64,000 bases of DNA, from the NCBI GenBank assembly GCA_038087875.1, contig CM075988.1, positions 5,704,001 through 5,768,000 of the forward strand, read 5' to 3'. This DNA is from Malacoraja senta. Taxonomy: Eukaryota. Positions 25,576 through 39,715 of the stretch are shown one piece after another; the stretch's first letter is position 1; every line of letters starts with the position of its first letter. The position numbers and the translations under genes were made by a program. The notes under the pieces are model-generated. The model saw nothing but the letters and a program-made list of their open reading frames with translations. It was not told where the DNA came from and did no database searches.

Positions 25576-28500
25576 CTAAATTCTAGCGAGTATAAGCCAA
25601 GTCTATCCAGTCTTTCTTCATATGAAAGTCCTGACATCCCAGGAATCAGTCTGGTGAACCTTCTCTGCACTCCCTCTATGGCTATAATGTCCTTCCTCAG
25701 ATTTGGAGACCAAAACTGTACGCAATACTCCAGGTGTGGTCTCACCAAGACCATGTACAACTGCAGTAGAACCTCCCTGCTCCTATACTCAAATTCTTTT
25801 GCTATGAAAGCAAACATACCATTCGCTTTCTTCACTGCCTGCTGCACCTGCATGCCTACTTTCAATGACTGGTGTACCATGACACCCAGGTCTCGCTGCA
25901 TCTCCCCATTTCCTAATCGGCCACCATTTAGATAATAGTCTGCTTTCCTGTTTTTGCCACCAAAGTGGATAACCTCACATTTATCCACATTATACTGCAT
26001 CTGCCAAACATTTGCCCACTCACCCAGCCTATCCAAGTCACCTTGCAGTCTCCTAGCATCCTCCTCACAGCTAACACTGCCCCCCAGCTTAGTGTCATCC
26101 GCAAACTTGGAGATGTTGCCTTCAATTCCCTCATCCAGTTCATTAATATAAATTGTAAATAGCTGGGGTCCCAGCACTGAGCCTTGCGGTACCCCACTAG
26201 TCACTGCCTGCCATTGTGAAAAGGACCCGTTTACTCCTACTCGTTGCTTCCTGTTTGCCAGCCAGTTCTCTATCCACATCAATACTGAACCCCCAATTCC
26301 ATGTGCTTTAAGTTTGTATACTAATCTCTTATGTGGTACCTTGTCGAAAGCCTTCTGAAAGTCCAGATACAACACATCCACTGGTTCTCCCCTATCCACT
26401 CTACTAGTTACATCCTCGAAACATTCTATAAGATTCGTCAGACATGATTTACCTTTCGTAAATCCATGCTGACTTTGTCCAATGATTTCACCACTTTCCA
26501 AATGTGCTGCTATCCCATCTTTAATAAGTGACTAGCAGTTTCCCCACTACCGATGTTAGACTAACTGGTCTGTAATTCCCTGTTTTCTCTCTCCCTCCCT
26601 TCTTAAAAAGTGGGGTTACGTTTGCTACCCTCCAATCCTCAGGAACTACTCCAGAATCTAAAGAGTTTTGAAAAATTATCACTAATGCATCCACTATTTC
26701 TGGAGCTACTTCCTTAAGTACTCTGGGATGCAGCCAATCTGGCCCTGGTGATTTATCGGCCTTTAATCCATTCAATTTACCCAACACCACTTCCCGACTA
26801 ACCTGGATTTCACTCAGTTCCTCCATCTCCTTTGACCCGCGGCCCCCTGCTATTTCCGGCAGATTATTTATGTCTTCCTTAGTGAAGACGGAATCAAAGT
26901 AGTTATTCAATTGGTCCGCCATATCCTTGTTCCCCATGATCAATTCACCTGTTTCTGACTGCTAGGGACCTACATTTGTTTTAACTAATCTCTTTCTCTT
27001 CACATATCTATAAAAACTTTTGCAGTCAGTTTTTATGTTCCCTGCCAGTTTCCTTTCATAATCTATTTTCCCTTTCCTAATTAAGCCCTTTGTCCTCCTC
27101 TGCTGGTCTCTGAATTTCTCCCAGTCCTCTGGTATGCTGCTTTTTCTGGCTAATTTGTACGCATCATCTTTTGCTTTGATACTATCCCTGATTTCCCTTG
27201 TTATCCACGGATGCACTACCTTCCCTGATTTATTCTTTTGCCAAACTGGGATGAACAATTTTTGTAGTTCATCCATGCAGTCTTTAAATGCCTTCCATTG
27301 CATATCCACCGTCAACCCTTTTAGAACTAATTGCCAGTCAATCTTGGCCAATTCACGACTCATACCCTCAAAGTTACCTTTCTTTAAGTTCAGAACCGTT
27401 GTTTCTGAATTAACAATGTCACTCTCCATCCTAATGAAGAACTCAACCATATTATGGTCACTCTTGCCCAAGGGGGCACGCACAACAAGACTGCTAACTA
27501 ACCCTTCCTCATTACTCAATACCCAGTCTAGAATAGCCTGCTCTCTCGTTGGTTCCTCTACATGTTGGTTTAGATAACTATCCCGCATACATTCCAAGAA
27601 ATCCTCTTCCTCAGCACCCCTGCCAATTTGATTCACCCAATCTATATGTAGATTGAAGTCACCCATTATAACTGTTTTGCCTTTGTTGCACGCATTTCTA
27701 ATTTCCTGTTTGATGCCATCCCCAACTTCACTACTACTGCTAGGTGGCCTGTACACAACACCCACCAGTGTTTTCTGCCCCTTAGTGTTTCGTAGCTCTA
27801 CCCATACCGATTCCACATCCTCCAAGCTAATGTCCTTCCTTTCCACTGCGTTAATCTCCTCTCTAACCAGCAACGCTACCCCACCTCCTTTTCCTTTCTC
27901 TCTATCCCTCCTGAATATTGAATATCCCTGGATGTTCAGCTCCCAGCCTTGGTCACCCTGGAGCCATGTCTCCGTGATCCCAACTATATCATAATCATTA
28001 ATTGCTATCTGCACGTTCAACTCATCCACCTTATTACGAATGCTCCTTGCATTGAGACACAAAGTCTTCAGGCTTGTTTTTACAACGCTCTTACCCCTTA
28101 TACAATTATGTTGAAAAGTGGCCCTTTTTGATTTTTGCCCTGGATTTGTCTGCCTGCCACTTTTACTTTTCACCTTGCTACCTATTGCTTCCGCCCGCAT
28201 TTTACACCCCTCTGTTTCTCTGCTCACCCATTTAAGAACCCCACCACCTCTTATTCTCTGTTTATTATTGTTTTCTTCTTTCCCCCCTACATGTTGGGTC
28301 TGAGTGCTTTCCTTCTCTGCCTCCTGCCTCACACACTGTCTAATAGCATTCTCTATTTGAGTCCCTCCCCCCAACCATTCTAGTTTAAAGTCTCCCCAGT
28401 AGCCTTTGCAGATCTCCCCGCCAGGATATCGGTCCCCCTCAGGTTCAAGTGCAACCCATCCTTTTTGTACAGGTCGCACCTTTTACTCAAGACTCCAGAT

Positions 28501-29514
28501 GCTGGAGTCTTGAGTAAAAATCAAATGCTGGAGGTACTCAGCGGGTCAGGCAGCATCTGAGGAGGGAATGGACCACAGATGTTTTGGTTCGGGACCCCAC
28601 ATGTGTGTGTGTGTGTGCATTATCTATGTGCGTCCATGTGCTTACAACGTGACGCAGAGTGACACAGTGGCACAGCGGGTAGAGCTGCTGCTTCACAGCT
28701 CCAGAGACCTGGGTTCGAGCCTGACCTCGGGTGCTATCATTGCACCCCATCCATGTGACTGCATGGGATTCCTCCGGGTGCTCCAGTTTCCCCCTACATC
28801 CCAAAGACATGCGGGTGTGTAGGTTTCTGTAAGTTGCCCCCAGTGTGTAGGGAGTGGATGAAAGTGCAATAACATTGAACCAGTGTGAAGTGGTGATCAA
28901 TGGTCGGCATAGACTCGATGGGCTGAAGAGCCTGTTTCCATGCTATATTCCAGGTCTAATATACACGTTTGATCCTCTTTAAAATTCCTTCCCCTCACCT
29001 TAAACCTATGCTCTCTTGTTTGATACTCCATCATGGGTGAAAGATTTTGACTATCTGCTCTATCTATGTTTTTGTTTCAGTTTTAGAGATACAGCGTGGA
29101 AACAGGCCCTTCAGCCCACCGAGTCTGTTCCAACCAACGATCCCTGCACATTAACAACTACCCTACACACACTAGGGACAATTTACATTTATACCAAGCC
29201 AATTAATCTATAAACCTGTACGTCTTTGGAGTGTGGGAGGAAACCAAAGGTCTCGGAGAAACCTTTTTCTCGGAGAAACAGCACCCGAGGTCGGGATCGA
29301 ACCGGGGTCTCTGGCGTTGTGAGCTCTGTGAGGCAGCAACTCTACCGCACCGCCACCGTGCCGCACTTCTAGCAGGTCACCTCTCAGCCTCCTTCGCTCC
29401 AGGGAAACCAAGCCCAGCCTCTCCAGCCCAAGATTTACTCCATGTGGGAGTGTACTCAGGGGGTCTCCACTCACAGTGCCTGGGTTTCCCCTGCTGGTCA
29501 CTGCAGCTAAGAGG

Positions 29515-29809
29515 AACTGTGAGCAAAGAGGCTTTTAGACAGGATTCCCATGAACGTCTACAGGTGTACAGTAGAGAGCATATTGACTGGTTGCATCACG
29601 GCCTGGTTCAACAGCTTGAACACCCAGGAGCGAAGAAGACTGCAAAAAGTGTTGAACACTGCCCAGTCCATCACTGGTTCTGACCTCCCCACCATCGAAG
29701 GGAATTACAGGAGTCGCTGCCTCAAAATGGCAGCCAGCGTCATCAGAGACCCCCACACCACCCTGGCCACACACTCATTGCACGCCTGCCATCGGGAAGA
29801 AGGTACAGG
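29515..29809 (+). mobile_element. Rex1-like ORF C-terminal fragment
   Basis: YRCTVESILTGCITAWFNSL...RLQKVLNTAQSITG. Confidence 0.8.
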
Positions 29810-30575
29810 TATAATCCTGGCTAAATTGGAGCAGATAGGACTTCAAAATGGGGTTAAGTTTCAGTGTTGCTGGGAGATTTGGTCAAATTGGAATTACTCT
29901 GCAGAGCTGGGATGAGCTGCGAAGAGGTGCCAGAGTGTCTGGAGCTTAGATACAATTTGCAAGCAAAGAATGGGAAGATCTGCAAACCCTGTCAATCTAG
30001 TGCAAAATGCATAGAATGGATTGGATGGCTGCAAACCAGACATACACCTTGTAAATAGTTGTAAATAATGTTACAGAGTCTGACTTTGCCAAATGTTGAT
30101 TGGATGAGGTGTTGAGCCTTGTCTGGGCTTTCTGTAAATCAGGGTAAATGTTTCCAAGTTGACCATCTCGAAGTCCGTTTTGAATACAATGTATTGAACT
30201 GTTGTATCATTGGGTTAGGGGAATGCCTGTTATGTATGGGGTTAATCGATATCTGTAATTGGGTTATTGAGAGACCACCCCCATGTGGTTCAGCCCCTCG
30301 AGGTCCTGGGACATATAAAAGTCTGTGATCACTAGGCTCAGGGTCGATCTTCTGGAAGAGCGTTCGGGACTGTGTGAACTTCTGGAGTGCCTCTGTCTGA
30401 GCGAGGCCTAGAGGGCTTGAACAGGCAGACGCGAGGATCGAACCCACGGTGGGATCACAGTGTGTGATCTGTGAAGCGCTTTTGGTAAAATAAAATTTAG
30501 TTGTTTCATGTGCTTGATTCAGTGTTTTTACTGAAACTAGACAAGGGGGAAGCTTAGAAACAAGCAATTATCACA
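29810..30575 (+). mobile_element. Diverged solo LTR related to 34527-35305
   Basis: Shared blocks (ttgtaaatagt..gtaaataatgtt, gagaccacccc, tataaaa, gatcttctggaagagcg, aataaa, agctt); ends in CA; no matching TSD. Confidence 0.65.
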
Positions 30576-31473
30576 CTGTGCGGATGTTCCGTGTATATGC
30601 TGTGCATATATATGTGTGTAATTTTATTTTCCATGCAAATCTATATGTGTATTGTGTGAGTGAGTGTATGTATATTCTTCATCTGTATATATTGTGCATA
30701 TACTTTGTATATGTATATTGTCAGTATTTGGTTGCTTGTTCTCTTGTGTGTGAGAATGTATATTATCAAGTGTATGTGTGTGTGTGTTTATGTGCGTATG
30801 TGTGTGCGTGTATGGTGTGTGTGTGTGTCTGTGTGTTTATGTGCGTGTGGTGTGTGTGTGTGTTTATGTGCGTGATGTGTGTGTGTTTATGTGCATGTGT
30901 GTGTGTGTATAAGTGCTTATGTGTGCATGTATTGTGTGTGTTTATGTGCATGTGTGGTGTGTGTGTGTTTATGTGCGTGTGTGTGTGCGTGTTGGACTCA
31001 TTTGCTTTTACGTACACAGGTGTGTATTATCTGTGGAGACTCAACAAATTGAAGATGCTGGAGTCTTGAGTAAAAACAAATGCTGGAGATAGCGGATCAG
31101 GCAGCATCTGAGGAGGGAATGTCCGACCACAGATGTTTTGGTTCGGGACCCCACACGTGTGTGTGCATTATCTATGTGCGTCCATGTGCTTACAACGTGA
31201 CGCAGAGTGGCACAGTGGCACAGCGGGTAGAGCACCAGAGACCTGGGTTCGAGCCTGACCCCGGGTGCTGTCATTTGCACCTCATCTATGTGACTGCATG
31301 GGTTTCCTCCGGGTGCTCCAGTTTCCCCCTACATCCTAAAGACGTGCGGGTGTGTAGGTTTCTGTAAGTTGCCCCCAGTGTGTAGGGAGTGGATGGAAGA
31401 GTGCAATAACATTGAACCAGTGTGAACGGGTGATCAATGGTCAGCATGGACTCAGTGGGCTGAAGAGCCTGTT
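30576..31473 (+). repeat. Local duplicate of 23577-24222 plus 28501-28936, lacking the CR1 insertion
   Basis: Collinear sequence; reads caaattgaagat|gctggagtcttgag without interruption. Confidence 0.85.
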
Positions 31474-32187
31474 ATATTTCAAAACTCTGAACTCTAAATG
31501 TCTTGACTCTAAATGTCTGGGAATAGCACAGCATGGTGGCGCAGCGGTAGAGTTGCTGCCTTACAGCGCCAGAGACCCGGGTTCGATTCTGAATACGGGA
31601 GCTGTCTGTACGGAGTTTGTACGTTCTCCCCGTGGATTTTCTCCAAAGTGGGAGGAGGTGTAGGTTAATTGGTTTGGTAAATGTAAAATGTCCCGAGTGT
31701 AGGGTAGTGTTAGTGTGCGGTGATAGCCAGTTGCGCGGACTCGGTGGACCCGAAGGGCCTGTTTCCGCGTCGTATCTAAACTAAGCTAAAACTAAACTAA
31801 GCCTTGATCACATTGAATGGCGGTGCTGGCTCGAAGGGCCGAATGGTCTACTCCTCCACCTATTGTCTATTGTCCAAAAGCAGGCCCTTCAGCACAACAA
31901 ATCCATGCTGACTTTTATGCCCATTTATATTAAATTCACTTTCCCACATTAGGTCTGTATCTAGGTCTGGATGTCGAGGGAAACTGGAGCACCCGGAGGA
32001 AACCTATCCAGTCACAGAGATGAGAAAGTACAGGAGCCTGAAAACTGTAACGTCCAGGATCAGGAGCAGCTTCTTCCCTACAGCCATTAGCTATTAAACA
32101 CAACAGCCTCATATAAACTCTGAACTACATAGACTATTATTGTTATTGTTGCATTATTATTCTTTCTTTGTTTATTCTGTGCACACA

Positions 32188-32218
<31 letters not shown>

Positions 32219-34526
32219 TTACTCACATATACATACATATAGACAAAATACTGGAGTAACTCAGCGGGACAGGCAGCACCTTCTCTCCAGAGATGCTGCC
32301 TGTCCCGCTGAGTTACTCCAGCATCTTGTGTCTATCTTCGATTTAAACCAGCTTCTGCAGTTCCCTGTCGAGAGAGTTCCCTTCAAACACTCATCCCTGA
32401 TATACATTGCGTTTTAAAAAAAATAAACAAACACAGCCCCAGATATGAAACATCCACAGAGCAAAGCAAACAATTGCCAGTCTGGAGAAGGGACCCAACC
32501 CCATTTTGTGTCTTTTATTTATCAGGTTTATTGAAGGTGAGGGACACACACACTCTGCTACTCTACAGAATAACTGCTCATTGAACAGAGCATGGGTTAA
32601 TCTGTAACCCAAAGCATGGAATCGTGTGTTAATATAAGTGGGGTAATCATGTTTTAATCAGAAAGTGGGATAAAGCAGAGATGAATGATCTATTATGCTT
32701 GTTGCTGAATTCACAGCACTGCCAGCTTCTAAGGTGAACACACTCTACGTTTCGCTAACTTGGGCTCCCACATCCACTGGGCACAGCTGCAGTAAGCTCT
32801 GCGTGTGAATGAAACTGGGTGTTATTGTCGCCCGGTACATATGACAAATCTCTTCAGACTGAAGAAGGGTCTCGACCCGAAACGTCACCCATTCCTTCCA
32901 TCCAGAGATACTGCCTGTACAGCTGAGTTACTCCAGCATTTTGTGTCTATCTTCGGTTTAAACCAGCATCTGCAGTTCCTTCCTACACAATTTATCTCTC
33001 TCTCTTGACCAGTTGTCTCTCAGCCTCTAAGTCCAGATTCACAGTGACAGTGTTAACTCTTAATTTGGCCTCTGCCATGGTCTGGCTAAGCAGCTTCCGT
33101 GCAGGACTGAATGGTGTGGCCCTTGCTACTGATGCCCACATTATGAAATAAAAATATTTAAAGAAATTCCCATATCCTAACAGTCCGCTGGGTGTGACCC
33201 AGGTCCAGTGGCCAGTGATAGCCCCCAGCAGCAGAGTGATGGCCACCGCATAGTGAGAGACCACCGTTTAATGCTCAAGTCACTGGGATGGGCATCCATC
33301 AGCTGCTGTGCAACACGGTGGTGCAGCGGTGGAGTTGCTGCCTTGCAGCGCTTGCAGCACCGGAGACCCTGGTTCGATCGGTGCTGTCTGTACGGAGTTT
33401 GTACGTTCTCCCCATGGTTTGTACGTTCTCCGAGATCTTCGGTTTCCTCCCACACTCCAAAGTGTACAGGTATGTAGGTTAATTACTTTGGGATAAGTGT
33501 AAATTGTCCCTAGTGTGTGTAGGATAGTGTTGGGATCGCTGGTTGGTGTGGGCTCGCTGTATCTCTAAACTAAACTAAGCTCAACACCGCCACCCACTGG
33601 ACATCCTCATGATAACTTTGTACATCTAAAGATACAGCATCTACAGAACGGTTCCAACCCAAAACGTCACCTAAGATAGACGCAAAATAATGGAGTAACT
33701 GGACCAGGCCCAGGCATCATCTGAGAATAGAAGGAATGATTTCAGACTGATCTATCCATGTTCTCCAGAGATGCTCCCTGACCCGCAGCACTTTGTGTAT
33801 TTCTTTGTAAACAAGCATCTGCAGTTCCTGTACAACCATCAGTGGTAAGATTTCAGAATCATAAAATTCTGAGCATCTCACAGATATTGTACCAGCCTTT
33901 AATATCCTCAACGCAAGACAGGACCAGCAGGGCAGCCCCATACATTCGCTCTTACTCATTGGAACTGATGACGCATTTTCACTCTCCCGATCCTAATCCC
34001 TAAATCTTTCCCAATATTAATCCTGATCTTGACGTTAATCCCATCCCAGTCCCAGTCGCAACACTGGTCCGAAAGCAAATTCCAATGAAAAATCTCGCTC
34101 TAATCCCAAACACCCAGCAAAAGCCTTAATTGATCGATTGATTGAAAGTGATTGATTGATTGATTGATTAATCAATTGATTGTTTGATTGATCAATCAAT
34201 TGGTTGGTTGTCGGTTGATTGATCGATCGATTGATTGATGAAAGATACAGCATGTAACACGCCCTTTAAATTGAGAGGGACAAGATTTTATAAGAACATG
34301 ATGGCAAATTTTTCACTCATCAGCCATGATCACAGTGAATGGCGGTGCTGGCTCGAAAGGCTGAATGGCCTACTCCTGCACCTACTGTCTATTGGTGGAT
34401 ATATGGAACAAGCTGCCAGAAGAAGTAGATGAGGCAGGTACCATAACAATACTTAAAAGTCACTTGGACGGGAGTATGGATAGAAAAGGTTCAGAGAGAT
34501 ATGGGCCAGACATGGGCAGGTGGGAC

Positions 34527-35305
34527 TGTTAATATTGACCAAATTAAAGACACCATAAAATGGAGGATCCCTGCATTTGTCAGAATTGCTTATCCTTTGT
34601 CAGTGGAAATTTACAGGTTGTGGATGGCGCCGACCAGTCTGAGCATCAGATTGATATGTAGAGATGAAGGATCCAGGTGTTCTCCTCATTTCCCCTTAAT
34701 CGATAAAATGTATAAAAACTCTGCAAACAAACTTAAATGCATTAATGTGATTGGATTACTGCAAACGAATTGTAAATAGTGTAAATAATGTTGCGAGACA
34801 GTTACCCTGCTGTTTCTTGATTGGACAAAGTGTTAAGCCCTGGCCGGTTTGTTTGAGTTCCAGGGTAAATGTTGCATTGTTCTGTTAAGTTAGCTTCCTT
34901 CCAGAAGCTTCTCCCAGAAACAATGTATGGGAGACTCTGTTATTGGTTTGGGGAACTGTCAATAATGTATTGATGTAATTAATATGTTTGATTGGATTGT
35001 AAAGAGACCACCCCTATGTAATTCAGCCCCTCAAGGTTCGTGGACCTATAAAAGGTGGCTCCATCTTAGATTGAGGTCAATCTTCTGGAAGAGCGCTTGG
35101 GACTGCGTAACCTCTTGGAGTGTTTCTGCTTGCACAAGGCTGAAGGGCTGAAGGGCTTGGCCAGGCAGAGACAAGGATCGAACCTGCGGTGGTTTATGTA
35201 TTGTATAGGGGAATTTGCTGTTCAATCTCAAAATAAAGATTAGTTGTTCCAGTGGTTTTTGACTGAACTAGACTGGGGGGTAAGCTTGAGAAGAGCGTAT
35301 TTACA
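34527..35305 (+). mobile_element. Solo LTR, 779 bp (Gypsy- or ERV-type)
   Basis: TGTTAATA...TATTTACA termini; 4-bp TSD GGAC in a CR1 3' UTR; TATAAAA about 35047; AATAAA about 35232. Confidence 0.85.
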
Positions 35306-37732
35306 GGACTAGCTTCGATGGGGCATCAGTCAGCATGGATAAGTTGGGCTGAAGGGCTTTATGACTCAAGGACTTCTGAAGGAAGGTTTGTTTTACTCGG
35401 AGTCCACTCATAAGCTGTGAAGAAAATTGCAAGGCAGTCTGGAGAAGTAATGACTTGCAGGGCTGTGGTGGTGGTGGGATGGTTGGGATGATGGGACCAC
35501 TCTACTTGGAGCTGGGGTCTACCCAACTGGCTGGAAGGTCTCTTGTGGTGTAATGAATCTCTGATTGAAGGAACAGCACCTCATACTCCACTTGGCAGCT
35601 TGCACCCCAGTGGTATAAATATTGACATCTCTAACTTCAAGTAACCCTTGCTTTCCCTCTCTCTCCATCCCTCCTCTTCCTAGTTCTCCGACCAATCTGA
35701 CTGTCCCTTTGATTATGCTTTGATGTCACCTTCTCCAGCTAACAATGATCTATTCTACATTTTCCTAGTTCACCATACACTTTGATGTCTCGTTTTCACA
35801 CCTTACACTTCCTTATCTCTGTGTCTCCCACTCGCCTGACTCTGAAGAAGGGTCTTGATCCGAAACGTCACCCATTCCTTCTATCCAGAGATGCTGCCTG
35901 TCCCACTGAGTTACTCCAGCGTTGTGTGTCTCCCTGATTCATGGTATCCTTGCCAATTCCATCAACAGTCACACACAGAGGCTGCAATGTGCACCAACTA
36001 CAAAATGCACTGTGGTTACCCATCCGGTAGCCCCCAATCCCTCCACCACCACCTGCAGCCTCTCTAACGTAGAAATAGAACATCGAGCAGTACAGCACAG
36101 AAGCAGCCCCTTCGGCCCGCAATGTCTATGCCAAACATTATGCAAGTTTTAAAAAACTATATCTTTCCATTCTCTGCATATCCATGTGCCTATCTAAATG
36201 TTTCATAAGCTACTATCATATCTGCTTCAACACCAGTCTGGCAGCATGTTCCAGGCTCCCTGCACATCTCCTTTAAACGTAGCGCTTCTCACCTTAAAGC
36301 TATGCCCTTTAATTTGTTTAGTTTAGTTTAGTTTGGAGATACAATGGGGAAGCAGGCCCTTTGGCCCACTGAGTCTGCACCGACCAGCAATCCCTGCACA
36401 TTAACACTACCCTAAACACACTAGGGACAATTTTACATTTATAACCAAGCCAATTAATCCACAAAGCTGTACATCCTTGGTGTGTGTCACGGGGAGAACG
36501 TACAAACTCCACACAGACAGCACCCGTAGTTGGGATGGAACCCGGGTCTCTGGCATTGTAAGGCAGTAACTCTACTGCTAGGCCACCGTGCTGCCCTTAT
36601 CTTTGATATTTCCTCCCTGGGATAAAGGTACTGACTGTCTATCCTAACTATGCGTCTCATAATTTTACCAACTTCTATCAGGTCTCCCCACAACCTCTGC
36701 CATTCTAGCGAAAACAATCCAAGTTTGTCCCTCTCCTTATAGCTAAAACCCTCTAATCCAGGCAGCATTCTGGTAAACCTCTTCTGCACCCTCTCCAAAG
36801 CTTCCACATCCTTCCTGTAATGGGGCGACCAGAACTTCACACAATACTCTACACGCGGCCTAACCAATGTCCGATAAAGCTGCAACATGACTTCCTGACT
36901 CTTGTATTCAATGCCCCGACCGATGAACAGTAAGCAAACTGTTTACCCTTATTTACTACTTGTGCTCCCACTTTCAGGGAGCTATGGACTTGGACCACAA
37001 ATGGTTTTGGAAATGTATTGATGTTCATTACCCATTTCTGGGTGTAAATCCTGAAATTCTATCCCCTTTCCCCTCCCCCCCATCTCCCTCTCCTCCCACA
37101 GCATGGGAGTTCCCTCACCAGGGCTACAACTGTTCAAGAAGGGAGCTCTCCAGCTCTTGTTTGATTGAAAGACACAGCACGGAAACAGGCCCTTCGCCCC
37201 CCCCCCACAAAGTCCACACTGACCAGCGATCACCCATTCACACCAGTTCTATGTTATCCCACTTTCTCATCCACTCCCTACACACTCAGGATGATTTACA
37301 GAGAGCCAATTAAATTACAAACCCACACGTCATTGGGATGTGGGGTGAAACCGGAACGCCCGGAGAAAACCCACGTGGCCACAGGGGGAATGCGCAAACA
37401 CAGACACGCAGACAACACCTGAGGTCAGGATTGAACCCGGGTCTCTGATGCTGTGGGGCAGCTGTTCTACCTGCTGCTCCACTGCGCTGTCCTTGGGGAT
37501 GCACAGTACATGCTGACCCAGCTGAGAAGATCTCGATCCCAAGCTTTAAATGCTGAGTCTGATGCCCTCATGGAGGGGGGGTTTCAAGGAGGCGAGGAAA
37601 TCTGCTTGCACGGAATTCATTACCAATGATGCATTGACGATGCTTCCAATGAGCTCCAATGCTGATGTTCTCCCATCGCCCCACATGAGGTTCTACCATG
37701 CAGTCAGACTTGCTCAGGTTCAATGAACCAGA

Positions 37733-38033
37733 GGGCGGCACGGTGGCGCAGCGGTAGTGTTGCTACCTTACAGCGCTTGTAGCGCTGGAGACCCGGGTTC
37801 GATCCCAACTACAGGTGCTCTCTGTACGGAGTTTGCATGTTTTCCCCGTGACCGCGTGGGTTTTTTCCGAGATCTTCGGTTTCCTCCAACACTCCAAAGG
37901 TTAATTGGCTTGGTATGATTGTAAGTTGTCCCTGGTGTGTGTAGGACTGGTGTGCAGGGATCACTGGTCGGTACGGACTTGATGGGCCAAAGGGCCTGTT
38001 AACGAGCTGTATCTCTAAACTAAACTAAACTAA
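37733..38033 (+). mobile_element. V-SINE (HE1-like)
   Basis: A box tggcgcagcgg, B box ggttcgatccc, core and (ctaaa)n tail. Confidence 0.85.
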
Positions 38034-39137
38034 GATACCAGGTTGCTATTGGGTTCCAGAACAACTATCACTCTCACTGGATTTAATCCCAGCCTACTCC
38101 CAAACTATCCAGCAGTTAAACTGCCCATTCTAGTTTCCACAATGACCATTACGTCCAGTGGGAAGAGGGACATTTTCATCAGTTTCCCCTCAGCCTGTTT
38201 TCAACCCAAGGTGATCTTGATACATTTAGTTTAGGGATACAGCATAGGAACAGACCCTTTGGCCCATCGAGTCCATACTGACCATTGATCACCCGTTCAC
38301 ACTTGTTCTATGTTGTCTGATTTATCATCCACTCCCTAGATACCAGGAACAATTCATGCAGAGGCCAATGAACCTTTAAACCCACACGCCTTTGGGATGT
38401 GGGAGGAATCCGGAGCACCTGGAGGAAACCAGCGTGGTCACCTGGAGACCGTGCAAACTCCACACACACAGCACCTGAGGTCAGAATCAAACGTGGGTCT
38501 GCAATGCTCTGATTCTATTTGAGATGGCAATAGTTCTAAGATCCCGTAACAATGAGAAAAACATGCATCCACCTTGAAGAAATCCATTAATCTTAGACAA
38601 AAGCATGGACAGGAGTCTATTCATGACCGTCGGCATTGCATTAGTAAAAAAAAGAATTTTAACTTCGGAATTAAAACTTCATTTATTATAGATTACATTC
38701 TCAAAAATAATCTGATATCTCAATTTTTAATTCAAGTAATGAAGATTAAAAAAAAATAACATTTGACTTTAAAAATACTCTAATTTTATTGCAGCACTAA
38801 CCTGACAACACAGCAGTTTTGAAAGAGCCTCTATCAGTCATTTCCTTCAGCCATTTGGAATGTGGACGTGGTTGTAAGCTGGACACAAATGCTGGAGCAA
38901 CTCTGCGGGACAGGCAGCATCTCTGGAGAGAGGTGCTGTTTGTCCCACTGAGTTACTCCAGCGTTTTGTGTCGACCTTCTTCGATTTAAACCAGCATCTG
39001 CAGTTCTTTCCTACACTTATTGTGAGCTGGTCTCACTTGGGGAAGTCACACTAAACCTGTCCAGTAGGGGGAGCTCCCTGGATGGGCAATGTTAGCAAGA
39101 CGAGGGGCAACGCAGCAGCGATCTTCTCACACCCAGA

Positions 39138-39448
39138 GTTTAGTTTAGTTTAGAGATACAGCAGGGAAACAGGCCCTTCGGCCCACCGATTCCGCATCGA
39201 CCAGCGATCCCCACACATTAACACTACCCTACACACACTAGGGACAAGTTTACGATTTTACCGAAGCCAATTAACCTACAAACCTGTATGTCTTTGGAGT
39301 GTGGGAGGAAACAGAAGATCTCGGAGGAAACCCACGCGGTCCCGGGGAGAATGTACAAACTCCGGACAGACAGCACCCGTAGTCGGGATCGAACCCGGGT
39401 CTCCAGCGCTGTAAGGCAGCAACTCTACCGCTGCGCTACTGTGCCACC
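39138..39448 (-). mobile_element. V-SINE (HE1-like)
   Basis: Full copy. Confidence 0.8.
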
Positions 39449-39715
39449 CAAAGAGCTACAGGGGAGGGACGGGGCTGGAGTGGGGCACCGGGGCTGAGTC
39501 CGCAGATGGTCACCGCAAATCGGAGCACGGAGAATGAGGACAGGCATGACAGGCAGCAGCCAGGGAGGGTACCAGACCTTGATGTGGGGAGGTTCACTGA
39601 ATGATCACACTGTTCCCTTAAACACCAGTGCAGCATGGCCGACAAAAGGATTGGTGGTAGATCACGCTTGGCAATGAAATGCTGCAGTCTGGCTGCAGCT
39701 AACCTTCCCAGCGTC

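Larger units (their letters stand above)
24223..28480 (-). mobile_element. 5'-truncated CR1 LINE with near-complete but disrupted ORF2 and two nested insertions
   Basis: ORF1 esterase end (DGLHLNLRGTDILAGR, stop about 28380); APE endonuclease (CLNARS, GITETW, MGDFN, LDWV, SDH); RT (QHGF, YLDFQKAFDKV, GVPQGSVLGP, FADD); breaks at about 26962 and 26521; (atctatgt)n tail. Confidence 0.95.

Noticed and set aside
26962..28479. 505-aa ORF as a host gene
   Set aside because: It is the CR1 ORF2 endonuclease region, followed by disrupted RT
37733..37815. tRNA genes
   Set aside because: SINE heads; no complete cloverleaf, and they continue into the SINE body
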